Positions 13,000-28,113 of a stretch of DNA of 64,000 nucleotides are shown piece after piece. The stretch lies in assembly GCA_964016885.1 (NCBI GenBank), contig OZ024744.1, forward strand, positions 61,070,001 through 61,134,000, given 5' to 3'. Numbering within the stretch: position 1 is the stretch's first letter; the number at the start of each line of letters is the position of its first letter. The translations under genes and the position numbers were made by a program. Under the pieces are notes generated by a model. That model was not told the DNA's origin, did no database searches, and saw only the letters and a list, made by a program, of their open reading frames with translations. The DNA comes from Eledone cirrhosa. Its lineage: Eukaryota.

Positions 13000-14150
13000 A
13001 GTATTCTTTGCCTATTAATCCGTATGGTGAGCAAATGGGGTCCCACGTGCTGGCCTCCCCTCATCCCCGACAGACAGAATAGAGAAGGCATTTCCCTGGA
13101 GCATAGTAAGGGAGATGCGCCAGAAGAGCCATTCCAACTCGCGAGGCTCACACCTGCAGCTGGCCAGCTCACCGCCTATGGTGGTGAGTAGGGAGGTACT
13201 CTAGGGCCAAGGACACCATAAGTCTCCACTGACAAGGGCATGATCGTGAACCTGTCAGAGAGGGACCGGTACTTTGTTATCCAGCTATATGCCAGTGGAG
13301 AAGGAGGGCAAGGCATGGAGCCAGGCACCACTGTGGGGTTTGGAGGCCGCTCGAAAACAGGGAAGGCGGTGCTGGTCGAGGTGGTGCACGAGCCTGTCTG
13401 AGGGCAGGCTGCACTGGATGGCATCCCATGTGCTTTGGGGGGGGCTTGACGTCAGCAGGGGGAGAAGGAGGAGGGACGTCTACTAGGGTAAGTCTCAGCC
13501 TGCCCCACGTCTCACAGGCGACCTAATGTTCCCTGAACACAGAGGGTTTTATTGTGTTTTGGAGAACCCTGCTGATGAGGATGTGACATGAGGTTACCAA
13601 TGAAAGAAACGCCGGCAAAGCCAGCGAGATCGGGGACCGGAGGCCAAGGCCGCCATAACTGACAGGTAAAGTGGCCTGTTGCCATCCAATGTTGTCAAAC
13701 CTGACATTGCATATCTCTTCAGCTGCCGCTCGAATACAAGTATTGAGGTCAGTGAGGAGAGATGCGTAACTGTAGCACGGAGCGCTGCAAAGAGTGTAGA
13801 GGAGCTTTGGCATGGAGAGGCAGTTCTTCAACAGGAAGAGAGCTGGGTGGCCATCGATCAACCCCAGTCGGCTCGTGAGGGTCTGGCTCAATGCAGTTGG
13901 CATTTACATTAAACATCTGTATGTTGAAGGCCAGATAAAAATCCTGGTTGGGTAGAAAATTCTAAAGCACTGCGAGAAAGGGTTAATGCAAGACACAGTA
14001 GGAGTGATATTGAGAGGTGAAACACATGTGTCAGATAAGTGGGCTTGGGTGAAGGATTTGTATACAATTATCTGATTCAAAGGAGCCGAGGTCATTGTAG
14101 CAGCAGTTGAGGGAGGACACAGGTGAAGGGAGGACACAGTGAGTATATGG
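13000..14150 (-). mobile_element. CRE/R2-like non-LTR retroelement 3' fragment
   Basis: QQATLPVSYGGLGLRS...ALPAFLS and PLSVETYGVLGP motifs. GC-rich relative to the surroundings. Confidence 0.7.
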
Positions 14151-16069
14151 GACAGAGGTTGGAAGTTTGTTGATGAGTGTATCTTTGTTAATCAGTTAGA
14201 TAGATTTATTTTGAATGTGAAATGTAGACCCTAAAAACTAGTAATAGACCCCCCCCCCCCCCCCCGGTCAAATATAAATGCAACCCTCTTCACCTAAGCT
14301 GATGATAGATGCAGGCCAGACATAAAATATAGCCTGTTCTTCCCCTCTTCCTCAAAACTGGTAACAGGCTGGTAATATATGTACCCATATTTTACATTGT
14401 GTACATCGTATAGTATTTCTACCAACTCCTTATATCTAACACATCCACTTCTCTGACAGTATCAGTCTTGCCTTTTTTCCTACTTACTAAAAATTTGTTT
14501 TTTCTCAAGTTATCTCTGATATTTCTGATTCAACATTAGGAATTTTTTCTGTAACTCTTCCACAGATACAGCTATAAGAACCAGGTCATCAGTATACAGA
14601 AGTTCCCCATAGACAACTGGTCTTAAATTCTTTCTTGGTGGTTTTTGAAACAAAATTGCTTTTTTAAAAGAAAATGCTGCAATCTGTCTACATTCCATAC
14701 TACTATATAGGACCCCTTTTAAATGATTGACCAATTCTCTTGTGCTTGTATAAATCTGTAACTTATGTAAGTCTTAAGATTTTTCTTGGGATAGCACTCC
14801 AGACACTGTAATGTTTGACCAATTCCAGTGTGACTAGGTAAAGGTGTGAATTGTAAAAGCCATCAAGGTCTCCTTTCTGAATCAATCAACATTCAAGCCA
14901 CTGTAATGTTTGACACAACCTCAGTAAGATTGTTTATTTCTTCCATCTAATATGGTAGTGGGACTGGAGCTTCTGTAAGATGAGTGATTAATATTCTAAA
15001 TGTCTTTTCTTGCTCTTTATTCCACTTGAACTCTTTAGGTTTAGCTGATAAAAGTGATTTGTTAAATTTCCTCAGAACATGCTGAAATAAATCTATAATA
15101 ATACATTAGACCTAGTATCTTTTCAATATCCTCCTTTGATTTTAGTGCCTGTGTAACTTTTTAGTTTTGCTACTAATGTATTGGAAAAATTCATTTTTTG
15201 AATATATTATCATATATTCGAAGGAGGTAGATCCCTCATCTGGGATGCCATATGTTGTGACACATTCTCTGTCTTCAACTAAGTCACTTTGGCCACAAAC
15301 CCTGGTACTGCAACCTACAATGCAGAAGAACAAACAATTACTGGGGATTGTTCAGCCACTTCCTCTTGGCACTGGTCACCATTGATATTTCTGGTGTACT
15401 TGGACTCCGTACTGTAGAGGTCAGCAGCCCATCTGAGGAAGGAGTTCCATGAGGTGGGTTGGCTGTTGCAGTGGAGGTCGCTGACTATTGTCTGCGTGAA
15501 TTCTTTTGTGGTCTTGTCCACAAGGTGCAGCCCCCAATACCACTGCGCCCTAGGCCTAGAGCCCATTTTACAGTGAAAATACAATAGTATAAATAGAATA
15601 ATTGTTTCTTCTTTTGGCACAAGGCCAGCAATTATCCCAGTACATTACTGGTACTTTATTTTATCGACTTCGTAAGGATGAAAGGAAAAGTTAACCTTGG
15701 TGGGTTAAATGTGCCTCATACAATATGTATGACCATGGTTTTGCACCTAGAAAGTTCCCTACTAGGCACAAGTCCAGGCAAGGTTGTTTGTGGAAGACCA
15801 GCAGTCTCCCCTGCATACCAGTCTCCCATCTCCACGCCACCAATGTTATCCAAGGGAAAGGTAAAGGCCAATACAGCTTGGCACCAGTAATGTCGCAACT
15901 CATTTCTACAGCTGAGTAAACTGGAGCAACGTGAAATAAAGTGTCTTGCTCAAGAACGCAAAGCCTGGTCCAAGATTTGGACTCACAATCGTAAGATTGT
16001 GAGCTCAACACACTAACCACTAAGCCATGTACCTTCACATACATGACTGAAGGGAGCCTTAAGAATGTA

Positions 16070-17750
16070 TGTATGTATGTTTGATATGTATGTATGTTCT
16101 TCTGGTTTTATAATTTCACAAAGTTTTATCAATAGAGAGAGAGAGTCAGTTTCTAACATAGACACAAGACTCTCTCATTGGAATTTACACATCAACTAGG
16201 TAGATATGTATGTATGCATGCATGTCTGCTTGCATGTGTGTACAGGTATGGATGTTATTGTATGTGTGGATGTGTATGTTTTGAGTTGTATGTGTGTATG
16301 TGTGCATGTGTATATGCTTTGTATCTGAACAAGTGTATATTAGATGCAAAACTTTTGGAATGTTTTACATATTTTTACTGTTCCATTAATGGATTGTACT
16401 TGTAATTTCCTAACTAGTTGTGTTCTTTCTGTTTCTATGAAGCCTAGCTTCTCAAGATTTGTATTGAGGCAGTTACTAATATACCCCAATATGTTACTAA
16501 TATGCCCCAATAACCACAGGTATAAATCTGAAGGTATCGTCAGGGTGGAGTATCTGCAGATTTCTCATTAGTTCTGCATAAATATTCTCCTTTTCGCTAA
16601 TCTTTGATATTATATTGGTATCTGCTGGGCAGCTAATTTCCACCTTCTTTTCCTTGTCCCATATCATTATATATGTACGTATGTATATATGTATGTATGA
16701 TATGTATGTGTATATGTATATATGTATGTAAGAATGCATACATTTATGTATGAATGTTCTTCTGATTTTATTATTTTATAAATTTTCACCATTAGAGAGA
16801 GAAAGAGAGCTGGTTTCTAATATAGAAACAAATCTTTTTCATTGGAATTTAGACAACATCAACTAGGTAAATACGTATGTATATCTGTTATCTGTATGTG
16901 TTTGTGTGTGAGCATGTGCAACTATAGATGTTATTATTACATGTGTGGATCTGAGTGTTTTGAGTTATATGACTACATGTGCATGCATTTCTGATCTATA
17001 CACATATATATACAGTTATTACATGGTGAATTTCTGAAATATTTTACATATTTTTACAGTTCCATTAATGCACTATATTTCTCAAGATTTGTATTGAGGC
17101 AGTTAGTAACATACCCAAGAATCCCAAAGATCACAGGTACAAATCTAAAGGTATAGTCAGGTTGGAGTATCTGTAGATTCCTCATTAGTTCAGCATAAAT
17201 ATTCTCCTTTTCACTAATTTTTAGTATTATATTGGCATCTGCTGGGTAGCTGACTTCCTCTACTGTGCATGCCTTCTTTTCCCTGTCCCATCTCATTATA
17301 TCTGGTCTGTTATGTTTGCATTTTATTGGAGCATTCTGGAACATTCCACCAGTATTCTTTCGTATGTATGTATATGTCCTCTACATCAGTGTAATTTTTT
17401 ATATTTTTATTCTCAGGTTTATCCTTTCTGTAAATATGTCTGCATATCTGCACACATGCATGTGTGTGTGTGTGTGTGTGTGTGTGCAGGTATGGATGTG
17501 TGCAGGTATGGATGTTAATGTATGTGTGTATCTGTATGCTTTGAATTATATGTGTGCATGTACATATGTTTTGTATCTATACATGTGTATAAGTAGTTAT
17601 TATATGCAGACTTTTTGGAATGTTTTACATATTTTTACAATTCCAATAATGGATTGTACTTGTAATTTCCTAAGTATTCTTCTGGTTCTGTGAAGCCGAG
17701 CCTTTCAAGATTTGTACTGAGGCAGTTACTAACATATCCCAGAGCCCCAG
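16070..17750 (-). mobile_element. Tandem array of three R4/Dong-type 3'-end fragments separated by (TATG)n
   Basis: Repeated WD.EKK...VE.S.PAD.NII.KISEKENIYAELMRNLQIL.PD..FRF.PV (RLE domain) plus a shared 3'UTR. Confidence 0.7.
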
Positions 17751-17854
17751 TATGTATGTATGTATGTGAATTTCGTATATCTAATGATATATGTTATGTT
17801 TACGAATAAACATTTGGAAAGCCTTCTAGCTATGAATATTGAAAATCTGATGGC

Positions 17855-17870
17855 TGGCGCCATCTAGCGG
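17855..17870 (-). promoter_or_regulatory. CTCF-like binding motif CCGCTAGATGGCGCCA
   Basis: Matches the invertebrate CTCF consensus as recalled. Located in intron 1, with CpGs retained. Confidence 0.45.
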
Positions 17871-18129
17871 ATTCCAGCAGAAGCAGTGGGGGACAACTAT
17901 CAATCTGCATTTCTGGCTGTAGCTGTTATCAGACAGTGCTTGCTCTACTCTCTGCTGGAATTTGTAACAGGCGATAATATATAGTATTTTTCGCCTATGT
18001 AGATGGGTTGATTAACCTCATTTGCATATGTTCTTACTTCCTCTTAATTTTGAGTTTATTTTTGACTGGTCACCTTCTCGGTAACAACGCTGTAAAGAAA
18101 AGAAACTGTCGTCCCATGTGCAATTATTC

Positions 18130-21100
18130 ATCCTTTGAATCATAAGAATGTTTTATAAATTTTGAAGGCTCTAGATATCATGCTTATTTGTAGCTTATGA
18201 ATTAAGGTATGTCATTCTTTCTCCACAGGTTCAGTTATACTTTGGTTCAAGCAGGTTGGTATATAACCTCTAGTTCCAATAATGATGGGTATAAAGCTGA
18301 ATGTGGATCGTAAATACTGGGTCTGCAAATGCCTCATCAATGGTCCATAGATATCCTCCTTTTGTTGCATCTTTTTTACCATTGTGGGCAGCTGACTTCT
18401 ACAACAGAGCATGATTTTCATGTGTGGTCCCAAACAATAATATCAGACCATTTAAGTTCCACCAATATTCCTTTGAGCCATCAGTCTCAATATATTCCTC
18501 CCTATTTCATTTTATCTTCGTCTTCCATATTGCATTCCAAAATGTTCTAGCTATTACATCATGCCACATGGAGAGGTAGCAACAAGAAGACATTCTTTCA
18601 CAGTTGGTAATAATGTGGCTAACATCTTCGGTCTCTGTTTTGCACTGCCTATATTTATTGTTAACTGATGACCTTCTGCTTTTGTGCAGTAGGTACTTGG
18701 TGGGGATTTCTTGTTCCTCTATTGCAGGGAGATATCCTTCATGGTGGGATGTTATGAACATGTTGGAATGCCATGTTAGACTTATAGTATGGTTTATTCA
18801 CTCTATGGTGTGTTTTTCGTCTCAAGTACCCCTGTCAATCTTCTCATTGAATTGGTCCATTTTTTAATTTTGTTCAAACATTGAGTAGAGTCTTCCAATA
18901 TTCATGGGAGAGAGATTTATATCAGGTTTTAATTTATGTCTCTCTTCTAGATCAATAGCTATCGTAACAATATTATTATTTTCAAACTCATAAACTTGGG
19001 CAAGATGGCTGCTGACCTTTTTCTTTTGTTGAAGATATTGCTTCAGTGTTATCTGGTCCTTGATTGATGTTAATATAGATTTTAGGCCCTGGCCACCATC
19101 CTTGCATGATAAATATAGCCTGTCCACATTACTATTGATGTTAAAGTTTTTCAGTAACACTGAGCAGCTTGTGAGTCCTTACATCCATTTTGCTCAGTTC
19201 TTGCAATGACCAGTTTAGCAGGTCAAATGTTGGCATTAGGATGGGCAGAGCAAAAGTATTATGAGTAATATGCTTGTTGCATGATAAGAGTTCTGATGAC
19301 CATAACCCCTTTACTTTCCTGAGGTATTCATTCCTGGTCCTCTCCTTATTAATGAGTTATCATATCTCACATTCTCATCCAGTCGAAGATACCTATAATT
19401 GTCACCTCACTGTATTGTCAAGCCATTTAGTTTTAAGTTTGCAGAGAAGGATACAAATTTTCAATGATTTATTCTCAAAAATATACATTTGGGATCACCA
19501 AAAAGTACAATTGTTTTTACATGGTTGGTATTTGGCCCATACAATTTCAAGTAATTGACAAAGAAAAGATGGGAGATATTTTTGGATCCATTTCTATGGC
19601 CACTACGTTTTGTGAGTAAGTATGATAGTGGGTTTATCGAGATGATGAAGAGTAGCACTGACAAATTATCACCAGGAAAGAAACTTTTTTGATAGTGAAT
19701 TCTATCAGAATAAATTTGCTTCATATCACCCCTTAGAAGCTAAGGGTGTACTAAGTCTTAGTCAGGCAGTGGTTGTGGGACTTTGGCTAGCTCTAAACCT
19801 ATGATAATCCACCCATCAAAAGCCTTCTGGTAGTCCAGCCACATTACAGTCAAGTTTTTGCAATTCTTTACTTTTTTTTCTTGAACCATTTTATTAATTA
19901 ATAGCTGCTCTATACAGTCCCACACCTTCTTCTTTCCCCCCAGCTTGTTCAGGTGTTATAATGTTGTTGTTGGCACAATGATCTTGCAAGAACAGATTGA
20001 GGCATCTAGTGTATAATTTGTATATGATGTTCTGGCAGGCTATTGGGCAGTCATTTTTAGCAAGGGTCGTTTGGCTATTTTGGGGGATCATCATCATCAT
20101 CATCATCACCGTTTTATGTCCGTTCTTCCATGCTAGCATGGGTTAGACGGGTTGTCCTGTTGTGGGCAGTCTCTGGTCGGCTGACCATGCCTTGCTCATA
20201 CAGGAACTGATTTGGCTTGATTTCTACAGCTGGATGCCCTTCCTAACACCAACCTCATTTACAGTGAGTGCTGGGTGCTTTTTTCCATGGCGCCTACACG
20301 TCCACTTTACAGTGTGGGCTGGGTGCTTTTTTGCCGTGGCACCTCCACGACCACCTTGCGGTGGGGGGGTGTGGGGGTATATTGTCTATATGCTTCAGCT
20401 TGTAGCCATGGGAGGTCGGGTACTCTGTATTACTGTGTGACGCCAGAGGTCACGGTCATGTGTCATCGCCTTTGAGAGGTGTAATTGGGTATCACCTCAT
20501 CCCAGGTCTTCTTGGGTTTCCCCACTCCGTGATTTCTATTGACTTCTAGTGCTCTGCAGCTTTTTATGCAGCTGTCATCCTTCATACGCATCACATGTCC
20601 ATACCAACGCAACCGCCTCTCCTGCACACAGCATTTGATTCCTCTTATGCTCAGTCTCTCTCTCAATTCATTTATGCTTTGTCGTTCACGTATATTACTG
20701 TTACACATCCATTGGAGCATGCAGGCTTCGTTTCTCTCTAATCTATGTAAGTCTTCCACCTTCAGCGCCCAGGTCTCACTACTATGTAACATCGCTGTTC
20801 GGAAACACGCATCATACAGTCTGCCTTTCATTTTGAGGGAGAAGCCTTTTGCAGCTAGCAGAGGCAGTAGTTCCCTGAACTTCTTCCATCCCGTTCTTAC
20901 CCTAGTTATTGTACTTTCTGAACACCCACCTCTGCTGCTAATTCGGTCACCTAGGTAGCAGAAGATGTTTACTGTTTCTACAGAGCCCTCCCAGAGATTG
21001 GTGGTACTTGTTTCCCGTGGCTGTTTGCTGCTTGCTGTCCCAGCACAGCTGCTGCATGTGAAGCCTACATTCTTAATTAAGCTGCCTGAGATCCCGCTAC

Positions 21101-24100
21101 ATCTCTTGTGTACCCATTGTTTGCATTTGGGGCAGAGAATGGAGTTCCTACCTACACCTTTCCTACCTACTGAGCAAGGTCATTTCCCTGAGGGGATCTG
21201 GGTTCTTGTTTTCTCGTCTACTTACAAGAACCTTAGTCTTTGTCATGTTGACTTTGAGACCCTTTCTTTCTAGTCCCTGCTTCCAAGTTTGGAATTTCTT
21301 CTCTAGTTCTACCATAGATTCAGCTATAAGTGCGAGGTCATCAGCATACAGGAGTTCCCATGGGCATCCGGTCTTAAACTCCTCCATTATTGCCTGCAGG
21401 ACTATGATGAACAGGAGAGGGCTAAGAACAGAGCCCTGGTGGACACCAACCTGTACGCTAAATTGCTCGCTATACTCATTGCTAATCCTAACTTTGCTGA
21501 CTGCTCTCCTATACATGGCTTGTACAGCTTTCACAGGCCATTCATCTACTCCTAGTTTTCTAAGAGCCCACCAGATTACAGCACGTTGAACTCTGTCAAA
21601 GGCTTTCTCAAGATCGATGAATGCCAGGTAGAGTGGCTTACTTTTAGCTAGGTACTTTTCCTGTAACTGCCTCTTCCTGGTACAAACCCAAATTGCATCT
21701 CATCTAGTTTCATCCGGTCCCTAATCAACTGTGCTATAACTCTTTCTGTTACCTTCATGACCTGGTCCATCAGCTTTATACCTCTATAGTTTCCTCTATC
21801 TAGTGCATCACCTTTACCTTTGTAACTGTTGACAATGATGCTACTGCACCAATCTTTTGGTATGACACCTTCTAGTATTACCTGGTTAACAATATGTGTG
21901 GTTATAGTGTGACCTACAGACCCAGATGCCTTCAGCATCTCGGCAGCTATACCTGATGGACCGGTTGCCTTCCCCATCTTCATATCTTTGATTGCCTTAT
22001 TTACTACGCTGCTGCTGACTTGTACTGCTGGCCCCTCTATAGAGTCTACTTGGGGTAGGGTCTCTTCTTCCCATGCATTCTCCTCATTTAGTAATCTATC
22101 ATAATGGCTCTTCCATGCATCTTTCTTCTCAGCACTTGTGAGGGCAAGCTCACCTTTATCATTCCGGATACACTTCTCTCCAATGACATCACAACTCTCT
22201 CTGACACACTGTCTCGCAATCTTGAACACCTCCTGTTTCTGGTCCTCACGTTGCAAAACATGCTTTAATTTTCTATCCTCTGCTTACCTCCTAGCTAAGT
22301 ATACTTTTCGCCTAGCTTCCCTCTTGGTCTCTATGTAATGTACCCTGCTGCTCCACCCGTTCTTCCATTCTTTCCATGCCTGTCTCTTGGCCTTAACTGC
22401 CTCATCTACCTTATTGTTCCACCACCAAGTCACTCTCCTCCTGCTTGTGGTCTTACTCCAGCCACAGATCTCATCCGTTGCCTCTAGTAAGTTATTTTTT
22501 AGGAACTCCCAGTGCTCTTCTACATTGAATGTCTCTATCTGTTCTTCTTTACTGTCGTAGGCGTTGAGTAAAAATCTTTAAATCTGTTACTGGCTGAGGG
22601 GTCTTTCAGCTTCCAGATCTTTCTTCTCCAGGTTGGCCTCTGTTTCCAGGTTTGTCTAGTTCTGACCGTGAGGTCGCTGACAACTAAGCTATGTTGGGAG
22701 GTACATTCCTCACAAGGCAGGCTTTTGTGTTTATGACCGTCCATCTGTCACGTCCTCTGATGAGGATAAAATCTATCTGACTAGAATGCTCCCCTGATCT
22801 ATAGGTGATCAGGTGGTTGTCGGGTTTTTTAAAGTTTGTGTTACATATCGACATGTCATTGGCGTCGCAGAATTCTAGAAGTCTGAATCCTTCTTCATTT
22901 CTTGTGCCAACCCCGTGGCCTCCATAGACTCTATTGAAGCCGTCACAGTGTTTACCTACGTGTCTGTTAAAATCCCCTGCGATGATTAGGAAGTCATTGT
23001 CGTTTGTTAGAGCAGTAGTCTGCATTAGGGACTCGTAAAACCTATCCATAAGTTCGTCTGGCAACCCCAATTGGAGTGCGTAAGCTGATATTATTGTGGA
23101 TAATGAGAGTAATAGTAGTTGATAACCACTGGGACAGTTCTTGTGTGCCTTTCATACTTTCTTCATACAATCGTATGAGATCTCACCGATAAAAGGTGAA
23201 ATTCTTCAGCTAGTACCTTGTTATGAGGTCTGGGCCTGGTGATTTCCTCTTTGATATTTTCTGTAGAGCTATTTCTAGTATTGCACCATCTATTTCCTAT
23301 TGCTTTTGCTGGACATGTTGGCAGTACTCCTGTTCCAGTTCTTCTAACCATATAGCTTGTTTGTTGAGCACATAATTTGTTTACCCTACAGATCTCTTGT
23401 AGTTCTCCACCTGATCTTTAGTCGAGATGTCTTTTACTGAGATTGAGTCTTTCACATTGAAGCTTTAATAGATTTCTGGGATCTCTTGCAAATAATCCAT
23501 TCATAATTTGCAGTTTATGCATTATAGATTTATATTTTAGTTTTTCAGCTATAGCTGTGAGTTGTTGCTTCAGCTAGTGTAGTTTGGGGTTCAGGGTTTT
23601 AAATCCTGTATCTTCAAATTACCTCTCTATTTTTTCTTAAGTCTTCCTGATGTCGTGTGAAATTGTTCTCTGTATTACATTTCATAACTTCAGCGAGCTG
23701 TGAGATACTTCTTCACAGGAACAACATTTTATTTTTTAAGTTATGTGCTCATGTTGGTTCAGGCTTTCTGCTTGTATCTTGATTGCATGACTTTAGCTGT
23801 TTATGATACTATAGCCATGTGATAGCTGGGACATATATTAAAAGGTTAACGGTTTTGTATGTTGTTTTCATACCTCTGGACTATGTGGCCTTCAGATAAT
23901 TGTCTGCTATTTTGTTTATTGTATCCAATTTTAATTTACTGGGTTCTTTACTGATACTGGTGTTGTATGACCTGTCATTCAAAACAAGTTTGTGGACTTG
24001 TTTAAACATATTATCCTAATTCACTCGTAAAGTGTCCACAAATTTGTATCATAGAAGTATGGATTTCAGTTAAAATGATGGTGTGTTGTTTACTGCTAGA

Positions 24101-24450
24101 TTTAGCTGACCATTCTGTATGTCCATCAGTGGAAGTGGAATGATTATCTTCAATGGCTAGCTTTGTAGTGCCAACCTTCTTTGAATCAGACAATTCGTTA
24201 AATTCGTCAAATTTACATCTAATGATACATTTTGCTTGCTCATTTAAATGTTTTGGGGGAAAAATCTAATTCTGTGTGTTTGGAGTTCCACAAACTTTTT
24301 AACCTTTGCATAAAACTGAACGTTTTGGGTTCAGATTGTTTATGTTTCATATAAATCTTTGTTGAGATCGTAGCATCATTGTATACAATGATTGTGGTTG
24401 CAAATTGGTCGAAGGAGATTTATATGTTTAGCCATGATTATTTTGTTTAT
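18130..24450 (-). mobile_element. Old R4/Dong-type (RLE) LINE, interrupted by the RTE at 20087-23097
   Basis: PIACQNIIYKLY...EQAGG, GDNLSVLLF...SHLFFV.YLKLY, LYLS..DGGQGL, EQEIPTK...C..E.VSHI...C (zinc knuckle), FIPIIIGTRG. 5' boundary approximate. Confidence 0.75.
20087..23097 (-). mobile_element. RTE-clade LINE, 5'-truncated, frameshifted (part of APE endonuclease + RT)
   Basis: GDFNRHVG...SQIDFIL (EN); NYRGIKL, GVHQGSVLSP, LYADDL (RT); HSSETW...RLRWYGHV; (GAT)n 3' tail. Confidence 0.92.
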
Positions 24451-25184
24451 TCACTGGTATTTATATTTATTTTTCAAAATAGACGATGATCTTTAAAGGT
24501 TTTGAAAAAGTTTTGTCAGAATTAAATTCAAAATTGTTCATGGCTTGTGTAATCTTTCTTTTCAGGTTGTTTTTGATTCGAAAATTGTATTTAAACGTTC
24601 ATCTTAACATTTCTTTTTTTGTGTGAATTAATTTGAAAGGTTACTTGGCTTATTTATATGTGTATCGTTCCACACTGTGTTTATATAAATACGTTAAAAT
24701 GTATGTAATAATTATATAGATATGTTACTATATACGAGGTTTGTCCTAAAAGCAAGTGTACTGATTTTCCTATGTATGACATGGTAATGCAGCACCTCAT
24801 TGATGTATATATGTGTATTAGTTGACCTTGGGTGCACGTACATACTTGTTTCAACATACTTGTTTCAATATGTATGTTTATTTGTGTGCTGGTGTGTGTG
24901 TATGTGTAGGAAGATGATTCTATTAGTAGAAATGAGGGAGGGAGTGTATGTGTGTGTGGGAGTATGGTTACATGTTAAGATGGAGAGAATATATATTCGC
25001 ACCAGCACACAAATAAACATACATATCTCTACTTTCTTTATTGCAATAGAAAGTCTGAATTTTGACACCCCAGCACATCAGCCATACTCACTGAGCCAGA
25101 ACAATTCTCCCCATCCCATTTTTCTTGACCATTATCTTTTGTTTGGCACAAAATTCTCTAAATGGCTACCAAAAAATTACAAAA

Positions 25185-25590
25185 TACGGGCGCGAAATTT
25201 AATGTACTTGTTCACGTGACAGTCATAATTTCATTTATAACCAATCAAATTACATTTATAAAAAAAAAGCCTACCCGAGCCACTTTTTTTAAGTAAAAAG
25301 AAATTCAAACACAAACTGGCACGAAAGTTGATGTGCTTATTCACGTGACTGCATCAACCAACCAAATTTAACTCATATGAAAAAGCAATCTGAGCCCCCC
25401 CCCCTTTTTTTTAAAGGCAAATATAATAAGAACTTTGTAACGCGAACTGGCGCGAAATTTATTATACTTATTCACATGACAGTCATCAACCAACCAAATT
25501 ACTTTTTAAAAAACCTAGCATTTTGAGCCACTTTTTTCCATATAAAACAGAAGTAACATTCGAACACCAACCAGATGCGAGAAAAACCAC
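25185..25590. repeat. ~130-bp diverged tandem repeat (3+ units)
   Basis: Recurrent GCGCGAAATT...ACTTATTCACGTGACAGTCAT...AACCAATCAAATT starting near 25188, 25318 and 25449. Confidence 0.7.
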
Positions 25591-25709
25591 AAACCCTCCA
25601 TCTCAATTCTACTTTTGAAAAGCACAAGAACTGCGAAACCGGTAAAGGAACCAAATAAATATATTTAAAAAAAAAAAGACTCCAGTTGCATTTTCAATTT
25701 CATCTTTTT

Positions 25710-26317
<608 letters not shown>

Positions 26318-26640
26318 AAGCATTGGCTTGCAATCGGGTTGTGAGTTCGATTCTTGGAGCAGGTGATGCATTGTGTCCTTGAACAAGGCACTTTATTTTC
26401 ACTTTGCTCCAGTTTACTCATCTGTAGAAATGAGTTGCAATGTCACAGGTGCCAAGTTTTACCAGCCATTGCCTTTCTCTTGGACAACATCGGTGGTGTG
26501 GGGTGTGGAGGCTGGTAATGCATGAGCAACTGCTGCTCTCTTCCACAAACAACCTTGCCCGGACTTGTGCCTCAGAGTTGAACTTTCTAGGTGCAAAACC
26601 CATGGTCATTTGTGACCAAAGAGGATCTTTACCCTTTACC
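26318..26640 (+). mobile_element. tRNA-derived SINE family D (second copy 15710-16040, minus)
   Basis: Shared head and core plus the tail AACAACCTTGCCCGGACTTGTGCC...CTAGGTGCAAAACCCATGGTC. Confidence 0.7.
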
Positions 26641-27936
26641 CAATATATATATATATATGTGTACACATATATATAAAGACATTTATACATATATATATTG
26701 TATGTATAGATTATTTAGTAATATAATTGTTCAGCTTAGTACTCTATACTTAAGGAAGTAGAGTGTAGGTAGCGTAATGAGCCTGACAGCTGATGTCAGG
26801 CTGCTTTTGAGTGCTTCTAGGAACATGTAACTCAGTACAACCTGTCATATTGTTGTGTTATTAATGACTAAACTGGCAGCCCAACCAAATGAGAAGGGTG
26901 ATTTTTTATCACCCTGCAGAATGAAAAACACAACCTGTCAGTGGCCATCCAATGGTGTGTAAAACAAAACCAAAAGATGGATAGATAGAGCTTGTTAGCC
27001 TTGGTTGGTAGTCTGTCTAAGAGAAGGATCATTCTGATTTCAAAACCAAAATAGATGGGACTCTTTAGTCACCTTGGTGACAACCATTCAAGTGGCCATC
27101 AATTTCATCCTTGTGATGAGGGCTGATGACCTGCAATTCGGTAGCCAGCTTCTGAGTAATATTTGGATGAGGACTCAGGACCCATCAACGTTACTTTTCT
27201 AATGCAAATCATGCACATACGGCATCATATAGATGAACATTGAAACAATTGTCCATGGACCCAGACTCTCAGCAATGAGAATGGGCAGAGACCAAGATCT
27301 ATATATATATGCTGGGCCTCCAATATTTAAACTTATTTCCTAGTTAAATTTGTATTTATTATTCCACAATGCTCCAAGCAAACTACAACACTTTGTTATA
27401 TACATATATGACTACCCACTCCATTCTCATAATTGTTTCCCATAGCCTGGCTGAAAACACAACAAGCATCCTAGTGTCATAATGGGGTTGCGCTGGTGCC
27501 ATGATAAAATGCACCCAGCTCACTCTGTAAAGTGGTCATGTTGGTGCCACAATAAAAACACCTAGTCCACCCTGTCAGGTAGCAGTGCTGGTATCATGAT
27601 AAAATGTTCTCAGTACATACTATGAAGTGATTGGCATTAGGAAGGGCATCCAGTTGTAGAAACCAAGATAAAAATGGAATGTATGAACAGGGTGTGATCA
27701 TTTTAATGGTGAAGCCTCTGAACATGACAACCTGTGTCTAACCCATGGAAAAATATACATTAAATGATGTTATCTTCATCATCATCAACATCGTTGCCAT
27801 CATCACCATCATGATCACCCCGTCATCACCCTCATCATCATCATCATCATCATCACACCTTTATTTTCCATATAAACATAAACAGACACATGTGCACACA
27901 CACACACATATATATGTGTATCTTTATTTATTGCAG

Positions 27937-28113
27937 TATCACATGGGATTCACCGGTAAAAGAGTATGTCAAGGATTTTCAATTTACTGATGAAGAAAGG
28001 ACAAACCATATGACTTTAAAAGATATGTTGAGTCACCGTACTGGAATGCCAGGATATATACGACCATTGATATATGGATTTCACAAGAATGTTACTCGAG
28101 CCCAGTTCAGTCG
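27937..28113 (+). CDS. Exon 2 of beta-lactamase-like gene
   Basis: Acceptor ttatttattgcag. Encodes (N)ITWDSPVKEYVKDFQFTDEERTNHMTLKDMLSHRTGMP, containing the LLxHxSG-type motif. Donor CG|GTAAAA. Confidence 0.93.

Noticed and set aside
25630-25712. GAAACCGGTA palindromic half-motif before (TA)n
   Set aside because: There is no upstream CUGANGA, so it is only a truncated 3' half and is not called as a ribozyme.
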